Assembly: GCA_019306185.1 (NCBI GenBank)
Contig: JAFDMD010000016.1
Coordinates: 1 to 52,012 of the forward strand
From: Deltaproteobacteria bacterium
GTDB taxonomy: Bacteria; Desulfobacterota; Desulfobacteria; Desulfobacterales; JAFDMD01
DNA: 52,012 nt
Reading direction: 5' to 3'
The position numbers and the translations under genes are program-made. The notes below the pieces were generated by a model. That model saw only the letters and a program-made list of their open reading frames with translations, was not told the origin of the DNA and did no database searches. Shown here in pieces: positions 39,361 to 47,654 of the stretch. Position 1 is the first letter of the stretch; each line of letters starts with the position of its first letter.

Positions 39361-40409
39361 CTTATCGCCCTTTGTCTTAAAAGATGGTCCGCAAGAGTTA
39401 TGCTTGTCATTGCCTCGCATACCGAGTTAATTCTTGGTATTGCGGATATATCGTGTCTTCCTTTTATAGAAATGTTTTTTTTATTTCCTTTTTCGTCTAT
39501 TGTTTTTTGCTCAAGCCTTATGGAAGGTATAGGTTTTACCGCAACCGTTATTATAATATCCTCCCCGTTTGATATTCCTGCAAGTATTCCGCCCGCATTA
39601 TTGGTCGCGAAACCGTTTGGGGAAATAGAATCGTTATTTTCGGAGCCTTTCATTAAAGCCGCTTCAAATCCCGCTCCTATTTCAACTCCTTTTACCGCTC
39701 CTATGCTCATTATAGCTTTGGCAATGTCGGCGTCAAGCTTGTCAAAAACAGGCTCGCCCAATCCCGACGGCGCTCCTTTGACAATTATCCGAACTACTCC
39801 GCCCAAAGAATTTCCTTCTTTTTTTATCTTTTTAACCTCCCGTTCCATAGCTTCGGAGGCTTGTCGATCCGGGCATAAAAAAAGGTCGGTTTTTGCATAA
39901 TTAAAATCGTATTTATTTGCGATAATACTGCCGAGACGAATTGTATAAGCGTCAACCCGTATATTCTCCTTATTAAGAACGGCTTTTGCAACCGCTCCGG
40001 CGGCTACTCTTGCGGCGGTTTCTCTTGCGGAGGCTCTGCCGCCTCCGCGCCAATCTCTTATTTTATATTTTTGCATATAAGTTATATCCCCGTGCCCTGG
40101 CCTGTATATATCCGCAATATCTTTATATGCGTCGCTATCCGCCTCTTTGTTCGGAATGAATATCATTAAAGGGGTTCCGGTTGTAACCTCTTTAAATATT
40201 CCGGATGTTATTTCCGCTTGATCCGGCTCTTTTCTATCTGTTCCGGCAATAGATTTACCTGTTTTTCTTTTATCAAGGGCTTTTCGTATCATGCGGTTAT
40301 TTATTGCAATGCCGGGCGGGCATCCGTCTATAACCGCGCCTACGCCGCTTCCATGCGATTCGCCATAGGTTGTAACCTTAAATATTTGTCCGGTTGTATT
40401 GCCGGCCAT
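39357..40409 (-). CDS. aroC: Chorismate synthase
   Basis: FKVTTYGESHG N-terminus and the RPGHGDITY and GRHD motifs. 350 aa. Confidence 0.97.
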   Translation of the reverse strand: MAGNTTGQIFKVTTYGESHGSGVGAVIDGCPPGIAINNRMIRKALDKRKTGKSIAGTDRKEPDQAEITSGIFKEVTTGTPLMIFIPNKEADSDAYKDIADIYRPGHGDITYMQKYKIRDWRGGGRASARETAARVAAGAVAKAVLNKENIRVDAYTIRLGSIIANKYDFNYAKTDLFLCPDRQASEAMEREVKKIKKEGNSLGGVVRIIVKGAPSGLGEPVFDKLDADIAKAIMSIGAVKGVEIGAGFEAALMKGSENNDSISPNGFATNNAGGILAGISNGEDIIITVAVKPIPSIRLEQKTIDEKGNKKNISIKGRHDISAIPRINSVCEAMTSITLADHLLRQRAIS

Positions 40410-40545
40410 AATTTTTTCCCCGCTTAAATTTCGTTATTATGTTTTGCTGTTAAATGTTTTCTATAGTTATATTAGCTCGCCCGTTTTACAATCATTTTTT
40501 TTTATGATTAAATATTTTAACTCCGGCAAATTATATTTAGAACAA

Positions 40546-41205
40546 TTACAATATCTCCGTCATAATTTTTTTCATATCTTCCCAAACATAACTCTTTTTA
40601 TTTTTATTTTCAATAAGTTCGGCGGGGTGAAAAGTAGGCATTACCTTGATTCCGTTATAATTATGAAATTTTCCTCTTAAAGCGGTTATGCCTGCTTTTG
40701 AGTTTAAAAGCGTTTTTGAAGCATATGTTCCAAGCGTGCAGATAACATCAGGATTTATTTTTTTTATCTGCTCTTTTAAAAAAGGAAGACATTTTTTTAT
40801 CTCTTCTTCGCAATCTTTTATATTTTTTTCTGTTTTGCATTTAAGAATGTTGCAAATATAAACGGTTTTCAAAGAAAGCCCCATAGCCGATATTATTTTG
40901 TTTAAAAGCGTTCCGGCGTCTCCGGATAAAGGCTTGCCCGATTTTTCCTCTTCCGCTCCGGGAGCGCTTCCTATAAAAAGAAGCTTTGCGTCAAGAGCGC
41001 CGTCCCCGAAAACTATGTTGTTGCGACTTTTGTCAAGCCCGCATTTATTGCATGAAATAACTTCCGATTTCAGCTTTTTAAATTTCCATTGTTCTATTAT
41101 TTTAAGGCTTTTTTCGGAACATTCAAAATCATTGCAGCCGATCTCCTTTAAAAAGCTTAAACTTTCCTTTGTTTCTTCTATTATTGAATTAAATGATAGA
41201 GGCAT
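40546..41205 (-). CDS. Uracil-DNA glycosylase, family 4
   Basis: The CNKCGL...R..IVFGDG cysteine motif and GSAPGAEEEKSGKPLSGDAG match the family-4 UDG signature. Confidence 0.85.
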   Translation of the reverse strand: MPLSFNSIIEETKESLSFLKEIGCNDFECSEKSLKIIEQWKFKKLKSEVISCNKCGLDKSRNNIVFGDGALDAKLLFIGSAPGAEEEKSGKPLSGDAGTLLNKIISAMGLSLKTVYICNILKCKTEKNIKDCEEEIKKCLPFLKEQIKKINPDVICTLGTYASKTLLNSKAGITALRGKFHNYNGIKVMPTFHPAELIENKNKKSYVWEDMKKIMTEIL

Positions 41206-41394
41206 AGTATTTTTTTTCCGTTATAAAATTTTTATCTAAAGAATAATGCTTTTATATACGGACTGCAAGCGGTTTATTTTTTTAAAAAAATGTAAAGACA
41301 TTATTGCATAAAATTGATATATCGGTTTTGTAATAAATTTATTGATAAAAGACTTTAAATAAAAAAATCAAACCGTATATTAAGCGAGGGGATA

Positions 41395-42774
41395 ATGCTT
41401 ACAAAAGATTATCTTGAAAAAATAAAAAAAGAGGGCGGAACGGTTTTATCCGATATTTTTAATTCCGGAATAAATAATAATGAAATTATATTTATTTTAA
41501 ATAACCTCGGTCGTCTTCCCGCCGGCTTTAAAGGGGATACTTTTATACCGTTGCTTAACCATCCTAATGATAAAATAAGGCTTTTAACCGTAAAAAATAT
41601 TGGCAAACTGTGTAATGATTCATATTTGGGGGTTATAGCTTATATAGCTAAGACAGACGACAATACTATGATAAGAAGAGAGGCTATTTCTACAATAGGA
41701 AGAATGAGAACTGAAAAAGCGATTCCGATTCTTATTAAACAATTAAACGATAAAGATCCGAAGGTGGTTTTACAGGCGATAAGAGCGCTTTTTATATTTA
41801 AGAATATAAAAAAGGTTGAAAAGAGCCTTAAAGAATTATTCAAACATCCTAATGAAACCATTAAATCGGTAATAGAAAAAGAGTTTTCGAATAAGCCTAA
41901 ATCCGACGTAAAACATAGTCAGTCTCCCGCAACTATGCAAAATGTCCTTGTTCAAGGAGACGTCAGAAAAATTTTAAAAGTTATTCCGGACGAAACAATA
42001 CATCTTACATTTACTTCGCCGCCGTATTATAATGCGAGAGATTATTCGATTTTTAAAAGTTATAACGAGTATCTTGATTTTTTAAAAAATGTTTTTTCCG
42101 AGGTTTACAGGATTACTAAAGAAGGCAGATTTTTTATTTTAAATACTTCTCCCATTATAATCCCGAGAGTCAGCAGGCAGCATTCGAGTAAAAGATACCC
42201 AATTCCGTTTGATATACATTCCTTTTTAATTGAGATCGGCTGGGAGTTCATTGACGATATAATTTGGGTTAAACCGGAAGCGAGCGTTAAGAACAGAAAT
42301 GCCGGTTTTTTACAGCATAGGAAACCGTTAGCTTATAAACCTAACCCGCGCACAGAATATGTTATGGTTTATAGAAAACAAACTGATAAGCTTTTGGATT
42401 GGAATATAAAACAGTATGATAGTAAAATAACGGATAAAAGCAAAGTATTGGGAGAATATGAAACTTCTAACGTATGGTTTATTGATCCTTGTTTTGATAA
42501 AGTTCATTCCGCAGTTTTTCCGTTGGAGCTATGCAGGCGGGTAATAACTTTTTATTCGTTTGTAAATGATTTGGTTTTTGACCCTTTCGGAGGAAGCGGC
42601 ACTTTGGCAAAAGCAGCGTTGGAATTGGAACGATATTTTTTATTAACTGAAATAAAAGGCGATTATGTTAAAAGAATAAAAAATAGGCTTGCAAAACAGG
42701 CTCTTTTAGAGCCGAAAAAGCCAGCTTTTTTTTCTCTTAAAGAATTTATAAAAAAGTGTAAAAAGGAATTATAA
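41395..42774 (+). CDS. HEAT-repeat domain fused to a beta-class N4/N6 DNA methyltransferase (SPPY type, likely m4C)
   Basis: aa 1-170 hold PBS-lyase/HEAT-like repeats (HPNDKIRLLTVKNIGKL; IRREAISTIGRMRTEKAIPILIKQLNDKDPKVVLQAIRAL). The C-terminal domain has motif IV TFTSPPYYNARDY before motif I VFDPFGGSGT. Confidence 0.8.
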   Translation: MLTKDYLEKIKKEGGTVLSDIFNSGINNNEIIFILNNLGRLPAGFKGDTFIPLLNHPNDKIRLLTVKNIGKLCNDSYLGVIAYIAKTDDNTMIRREAISTIGRMRTEKAIPILIKQLNDKDPKVVLQAIRALFIFKNIKKVEKSLKELFKHPNETIKSVIEKEFSNKPKSDVKHSQSPATMQNVLVQGDVRKILKVIPDETIHLTFTSPPYYNARDYSIFKSYNEYLDFLKNVFSEVYRITKEGRFFILNTSPIIIPRVSRQHSSKRYPIPFDIHSFLIEIGWEFIDDIIWVKPEASVKNRNAGFLQHRKPLAYKPNPRTEYVMVYRKQTDKLLDWNIKQYDSKITDKSKVLGEYETSNVWFIDPCFDKVHSAVFPLELCRRVITFYSFVNDLVFDPFGGSGTLAKAALELERYFLLTEIKGDYVKRIKNRLAKQALLEPKKPAFFSLKEFIKKCKKEL

Positions 42775-42775
42775 C

Positions 42776-43678
42776 ATGTTGTTATCTAAAAAATCAAAGG
42801 CAAAAATAATTAAGAATCTAATAAACGGAAAAGATTACAGAGGCGATATTATATCTTTAATAGATGATCTTTTTTTAACCTATTGCATTGATTTTTTAAA
42901 AAAAGTAGCAAATGCAAAGATAGAAAATAAAAATATAACATCTGATTGGTATAAAAAAGAATTTCTTGATCATAATCTTACTAAACAGGAGTTGGCTATT
43001 AATTCCGGCTTGAATATGAAGACAATTACCAATAGTTATAATTCCGGTAGAAAAGATATAGTAATAGAGGCTTCGGAAAAAAATTACGACAGATTATATA
43101 ATACTATTAATGAATTAATCGGTTCGGACGAGGATTTGCAGATAACGCTTACTATAAAATTTAGAAGAGTTAGCGTAGAGCTTACAATTAGCGAAAGTTT
43201 GATAGTCATTAATACATTAGCCGTAAAAAGAGCTGAAATACGAGGCGGTTTATGGAGTTCTGCCGGAAAGCAGATAGAAAAGCCCATTATGGTTGTTTTA
43301 TGTAAACTTTTTAATGTTCCGTTTGAAGCTTTTGACCAAAAAAATAATCCGACATCTTTTCGGGAAGTGGATTTTTATATTTTATCTTCAAATAAAAAAA
43401 AATTAAGATGCGAAGTTAAACTTATGGGCAAAGGAAACCCTGAAAGCGCAGATGCAATTTTTGCAAGAGAGCCGAATATTTTTATAGCGGATAAACTTTC
43501 GGATAAAAATAAATTGCAGGCGGATAAGCTGGGCGTCCAATGGCTTCAATTAAGAGAAGAAAACGGATATAAAAAATTTTCCGACATATTAAAAAAATTA
43601 AAGGTTAATTTTAAGGAGCCTTCGGAAGATATAAATAGAAAATTGGATAAAGTTTTAAAGGAGATTTTTATCAATTAA
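42776..43678 (+). CDS. Candidate type II restriction endonuclease (PD-(D/E)xK-like)
   Basis: 300-aa ORF starting 1 nt after the methyltransferase stop and lying between two methyltransferase genes. It has a possible catalytic pattern EVDFYILSSNKKKLRCEVKLMG (D...E-x-K). No family is recognised. Confidence 0.5.
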   Translation: MLLSKKSKAKIIKNLINGKDYRGDIISLIDDLFLTYCIDFLKKVANAKIENKNITSDWYKKEFLDHNLTKQELAINSGLNMKTITNSYNSGRKDIVIEASEKNYDRLYNTINELIGSDEDLQITLTIKFRRVSVELTISESLIVINTLAVKRAEIRGGLWSSAGKQIEKPIMVVLCKLFNVPFEAFDQKNNPTSFREVDFYILSSNKKKLRCEVKLMGKGNPESADAIFAREPNIFIADKLSDKNKLQADKLGVQWLQLREENGYKKFSDILKKLKVNFKEPSEDINRKLDKVLKEIFIN

Positions 43679-43833
43679 GCATTGGCTTAAATTAAGCATA
43701 AAACATGCAAATCAGATGTCCTACCTTGAGCTCTCTTTTATGTATAACTGATAACCGAGCGTTATAAAGATTATAATATTATGAGCTCGTTAGTATTGCG
43801 GGAGTTTTTATATCAGCTATAAGGAAAAATATT

Positions 43834-44889
43834 ATGCAAAATTTACTGATTAAAGGAGATAATATCGACGCCCTTGATTATCTGATAAAAGATAGAGACT
43901 TAAAAGGAAAGATTGACTTGGTATATATCGATCCTCCTTTTGCAACAAACGGCAACTTTACAATTACAAACGGCAGAGCTTCTACAATAAGCAACTCCAA
44001 AAACGGAGTTATTGCGTATTCGGACAAACTTATAGGCGGAGATTTTATTGAATATTTAAAAAAAAGGGCGCTTCTCATTAAAGAATTATTATCGGAACGC
44101 GGCTCTGTTTATTTACATGCCGATTATAAAATAGGGCATTATATAAAAGTAATGATGGATGAGGTTTTTGGGATAGAGAATTTTAGAAACGATATTACAA
44201 GAGTTAAATGCAATCCGAAAAATTTTACCCGAATTGGTTACGGCAATATTAAAGACCTTATTCTTTTTTATACAAAAACTTCAAAAGCTATATGGAACGA
44301 GCCGTTAGAGAAATATACAGAAAAAGATATTAAAAGATTATTTCCGAAAACAGACAAACAGGGTAGAAAATATACAACCGTACCGCTCCATGCCCCCGGA
44401 GAAACCGAAAACGGAAATTCCGGTTTGCCTTTTAAAGGAATTAGTCCGCCTAAAGGCAGACATTGGCGCGCAGATGTTACAACGCTTAAACAATGGGATA
44501 AACAGGGGTTAATTGAACGATCTTCAACCGGAAATCCGAGAAAGATAATATTTGCAGACGAAAGAGAAGGCAAAAGAGTTCAAGACATTTGGGAATATAA
44601 AGACCCTCAATATCCTGTTTACCCTACCGAAAAAAACTCTGCATTATTAGATCTAATTATTAAAACCTCTTCTAACTCGGACAGTATAGTTTTAGATTGT
44701 TTTTGCGGTTCCGGAACGACTCTTAAAGCGGCTGGGATAAACGAAAGAAAATGGGTAGGAGTAGATCGATCCGAATATGCTATAAAGGCTACGGTTGAAA
44801 AACTTAAAACGATTTCAGGCGACCTTTTTACCGCGAAACCGGAATATAAATTTATGAATTTAAAAAATAGTCGAAAATTAATTGCATAA
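43834..44889 (+). CDS. Beta-class DNA methyltransferase (DPPF type, likely N6-adenine)
   Basis: Motif IV DLVYIDPPFATNGNF near the N-terminus and motif I VLDCFCGSGTT near the C-terminus. Confidence 0.85.
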   Translation: MQNLLIKGDNIDALDYLIKDRDLKGKIDLVYIDPPFATNGNFTITNGRASTISNSKNGVIAYSDKLIGGDFIEYLKKRALLIKELLSERGSVYLHADYKIGHYIKVMMDEVFGIENFRNDITRVKCNPKNFTRIGYGNIKDLILFYTKTSKAIWNEPLEKYTEKDIKRLFPKTDKQGRKYTTVPLHAPGETENGNSGLPFKGISPPKGRHWRADVTTLKQWDKQGLIERSSTGNPRKIIFADEREGKRVQDIWEYKDPQYPVYPTEKNSALLDLIIKTSSNSDSIVLDCFCGSGTTLKAAGINERKWVGVDRSEYAIKATVEKLKTISGDLFTAKPEYKFMNLKNSRKLIA

Positions 44890-44923
44890 AACAGTATAAA
44901 TTTCGGCGTTAGGGAACAAAAAG

Positions 44924-45259
44924 ATGAAACAATATAAAATAGACGAACTTAGAGTAGAAGATTATGATAAAATCAAATCGCATATGGAAGAATTTCATAA
45001 CGATAACTGCATAGAGGGAATATACAGGATTTTTTTAGATGAGAAACTTTTAAATAAAGAACAAAAAGAGCATGAGAAGGAATGCGGTCCCTTTTATTTT
45101 GCGGTTGAAATTGATAACATGGGCATATCTTTTGAATTTTTGGTAAGAGCAAAAAATAAAATAAGATGCTCCTGCATAAGATATGCGGATAAAAAACAGA
45201 GGGACTGGCTGATAGATTACGTCGACGCTACAATTAATAAACTTAACATAATAGCTTAG
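44924..45259 (+). CDS. Hypothetical protein (111 aa)
   Basis: ORF with clean coding appearance, 34 nt after the methyltransferase stop and followed by a terminator hairpin. No recognisable domain. Confidence 0.5.
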   Translation: MKQYKIDELRVEDYDKIKSHMEEFHNDNCIEGIYRIFLDEKLLNKEQKEHEKECGPFYFAVEIDNMGISFEFLVRAKNKIRCSCIRYADKKQRDWLIDYVDATINKLNIIA

Positions 45260-45334
45260 AGATAGGCTTAAATAATAACAGCCCGTTTTATGCGTTGATA
45301 TAATTTTAATGTTCTGTTTATATTTAATGAGTAT

Positions 45335-45358
45335 GCGGATAAAATTTTTATCCGCTTT
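45335..45358 (+). terminator. Rho-independent terminator candidate
   Basis: GCGGATAA-AATTT-TTATCCGC (8-bp stem) followed by TTT, 76 nt after the stop of 44924-45259. Confidence 0.5.
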
Positions 45359-45562
45359 GAAACCAAAGAAAAGGATAAAAATTATATCAATAAAGCAACG
45401 GATATATAAAAAGATTGAAACTTTTCATTTTATCTTTATAATAAATTATAAATTATGCCGAATTTTTACGATTTAAGATTGGTTTTATTTATTTATTATG
45501 GAAAAATATTTTATTTGTAAATCATTCGGTTTTCGATCAACTTATTATAAAAAAGGTTAAAA

Positions 45563-47212
45563 ATGTTAAAAATAATTCCTCTCGGCGGCCTTGGCGAGAT
45601 CGGTTTAAATATGATGCTTTTTGAATACGAAGATTCTATATTTATAATTGACGCGGGGCTTATGTTTCCCGAAGATTATATGATGGGAGTCGATATAGTT
45701 ATTCCGAAAATGGATTATATTGACCGGAATAAATCCAAAATAGCCGCTATAGTGTTAACTCACGGACACGAAGATCATATAGGCGCAATTCCGTATCTTT
45801 TAAAAAAGGTGAACGCTCCCATATTTGCGACTCCGTTTACTTTGGGTTTAATTCGCCATAAATTGTCCGAGCATCAGCTTTTAACCGAAGCTAATCTTTA
45901 CGAAATAGATACAACCGAAGAATTAAAAATAGGGCCGTTTAAACTGGAATTTATACGAGTAAGCCACAGCGTTATAGACGGCGTAGGAATAGCGATTTAT
46001 ACCCCCGAGGGTCTCATAGTTCATACCGGAGATTTTAAAATAAATCATAGCTTCCTAAATAATAAAGAGACCGACCTCAATAAATTTGCCGAATTGGGGG
46101 AAAAGGGGGTTCTTGCTTTGCTTTCCGATTCTACCAACGTAGAAAAAGAGGGGTATACAATATCGAGCCAAGAAATTGCGGAAAAGCTTAAAGGCATTAT
46201 AAAAAAAGCCTCCGGCAGAGTAATAGTGGCTCTTTTTGCTTCCAACATAAGCAGAATAGAAGCAATAGTAAAAATAGCGGAAAAACATGGAAAAAAGATA
46301 ATATTTAACGGCTTTAGCCTTGAAACAAGCGTAAGAATAGCAAAAGAATTAGAATACATAAATATATCCGAAGGCGCTGAAATAACCATCGGGGAGATCG
46401 ATGATTATCCTCACGATCAAGTAATAATAATAACAACCGGAAGCCAAGGCGAACCAATGTCCTCTTTAGCGAGGATGTCCGCCGGAATTCATAAATATTT
46501 AAAAGTTAAAAAAGGGGATACAATAATTTTATCCTCAAAGTTTATACCCGGCAACGAAAAGGCGATTACAAAGATAATAAATAATCTTTATAGAAAAGGA
46601 GCGGACGTAATATACGAGAAAATATCCGAAATACACGTTTCCGGTCATGCCTTTAAAGAAGAACTCAAATTAATGATAAATCTTGTAAAGCCGAAATATT
46701 TTATACCTATACACGGAGAATACAGGCATCTTGTTCTTCACTCAAGGCTGGCTAAAAAAATGGGAATTGACTCTGAATATATATTGCTTACCGAAAACGG
46801 ACAGGTTATAGAATTTGACGACAATAGAGGCAAATTTGCCGAAAAAATAACTACGGGCAGAGTCCTTATAGACGGCAAAGGAATAGGGGACGTAGGCAGC
46901 AGCGTTTTAAGGGAGAGACGGGCTTTATCCGAAGACGGACTTGTGATAGTAATAATGGCATTGGACGAAGAGACCGGCATAATAATTTACGGACCTGCAA
47001 TATTTTCAAAAGGCTTTGTGTTTCCTATGGAAACAGGTTACTTATTAGAAGATGCCAAATGCGTTGTTCTGGAAGTAGTAGAGGAGATAAATTACGGAGT
47101 TAAAAATAGAAACCAAAAGCTTGAGGAAAAATTAAAGAGCTCTTTAAGACAATATTTTGCATATACAATAAAAAGAAGACCTGCAATATATCCTTTTATT
47201 ATCGAGGTTTAA
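45563..47212 (+). CDS. rnj: Ribonuclease J
   Basis: Metallo-beta-lactamase motif LTHGHEDHIGA, a beta-CASP region and the RNase J C-terminal domain. 549 aa. Confidence 0.94.
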   Translation: MLKIIPLGGLGEIGLNMMLFEYEDSIFIIDAGLMFPEDYMMGVDIVIPKMDYIDRNKSKIAAIVLTHGHEDHIGAIPYLLKKVNAPIFATPFTLGLIRHKLSEHQLLTEANLYEIDTTEELKIGPFKLEFIRVSHSVIDGVGIAIYTPEGLIVHTGDFKINHSFLNNKETDLNKFAELGEKGVLALLSDSTNVEKEGYTISSQEIAEKLKGIIKKASGRVIVALFASNISRIEAIVKIAEKHGKKIIFNGFSLETSVRIAKELEYINISEGAEITIGEIDDYPHDQVIIITTGSQGEPMSSLARMSAGIHKYLKVKKGDTIILSSKFIPGNEKAITKIINNLYRKGADVIYEKISEIHVSGHAFKEELKLMINLVKPKYFIPIHGEYRHLVLHSRLAKKMGIDSEYILLTENGQVIEFDDNRGKFAEKITTGRVLIDGKGIGDVGSSVLRERRALSEDGLVIVIMALDEETGIIIYGPAIFSKGFVFPMETGYLLEDAKCVVLEVVEEINYGVKNRNQKLEEKLKSSLRQYFAYTIKRRPAIYPFIIEV

Positions 47213-47229
47213 TAACCTCGTTTTATTTT
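47203..47229 (+). terminator. Rho-independent terminator overlapping the rnj stop codon
   Basis: CGAGGTT-TAAT-AACCTCG (7-bp stem, 4-nt loop) followed by TTTTATTTT. Confidence 0.55.
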
Positions 47230-47654
47230 GCTTGATTTCCGCATCGGATAAAAGTTTTAATATCCGACTTGTTTTTAATAAGCCCGTATTTAAAATTTTT
47301 GCAACTCGTAAAAAAAATAAAAGATTTAATCGCAAAGTAAAGAATGATGATGAAGATAATTAAGAAATTTTTCGCTTCGTTCAAAACAACAGAAAACGAT
47401 AGTTTGATTTGTTATTTTGATTAACGTTTTTTTGCGATAAAGTTTTAAACGTAAAAACTATATTATTAAAGATAGTTAATTATAAAACATAATAATTTAA
47501 TTTCGATAGATAACAAAACGGTTTGCTCAAGTTGAAGGCGGATGGCAATTTTAACCGTAGTTAAAGGATTAAAATGGCTATCCGTATCATAAATTGTGCA
47601 AATTGCGACGTTATATAACGAAATTTAAATAGAGGAAATCATATACAATAAAAA

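Noticed and set aside
39361-39420. ATG start of plsY at 39420 as given by the ORF track
   Set aside because: It would overlap aroC by 64 nt and add a non-conserved, non-hydrophobic leader. A TTG at 39360 overlapping the aroC TGA gives a PlsY beginning directly with the first TM helix. The ATG start cannot be fully excluded.
39400-39900. 166-aa plus-strand ORF inside aroC. Similar long antisense ORFs occur at 7197-7682, 18349-18729, 18733-19047, 19267-19677, 20704-21105 and 10914-11240.
   Set aside because: These are shadow ORFs opposite strongly supported conserved genes. They have low-complexity Ser/Pro/Ile-rich translations with no recognisable motifs.
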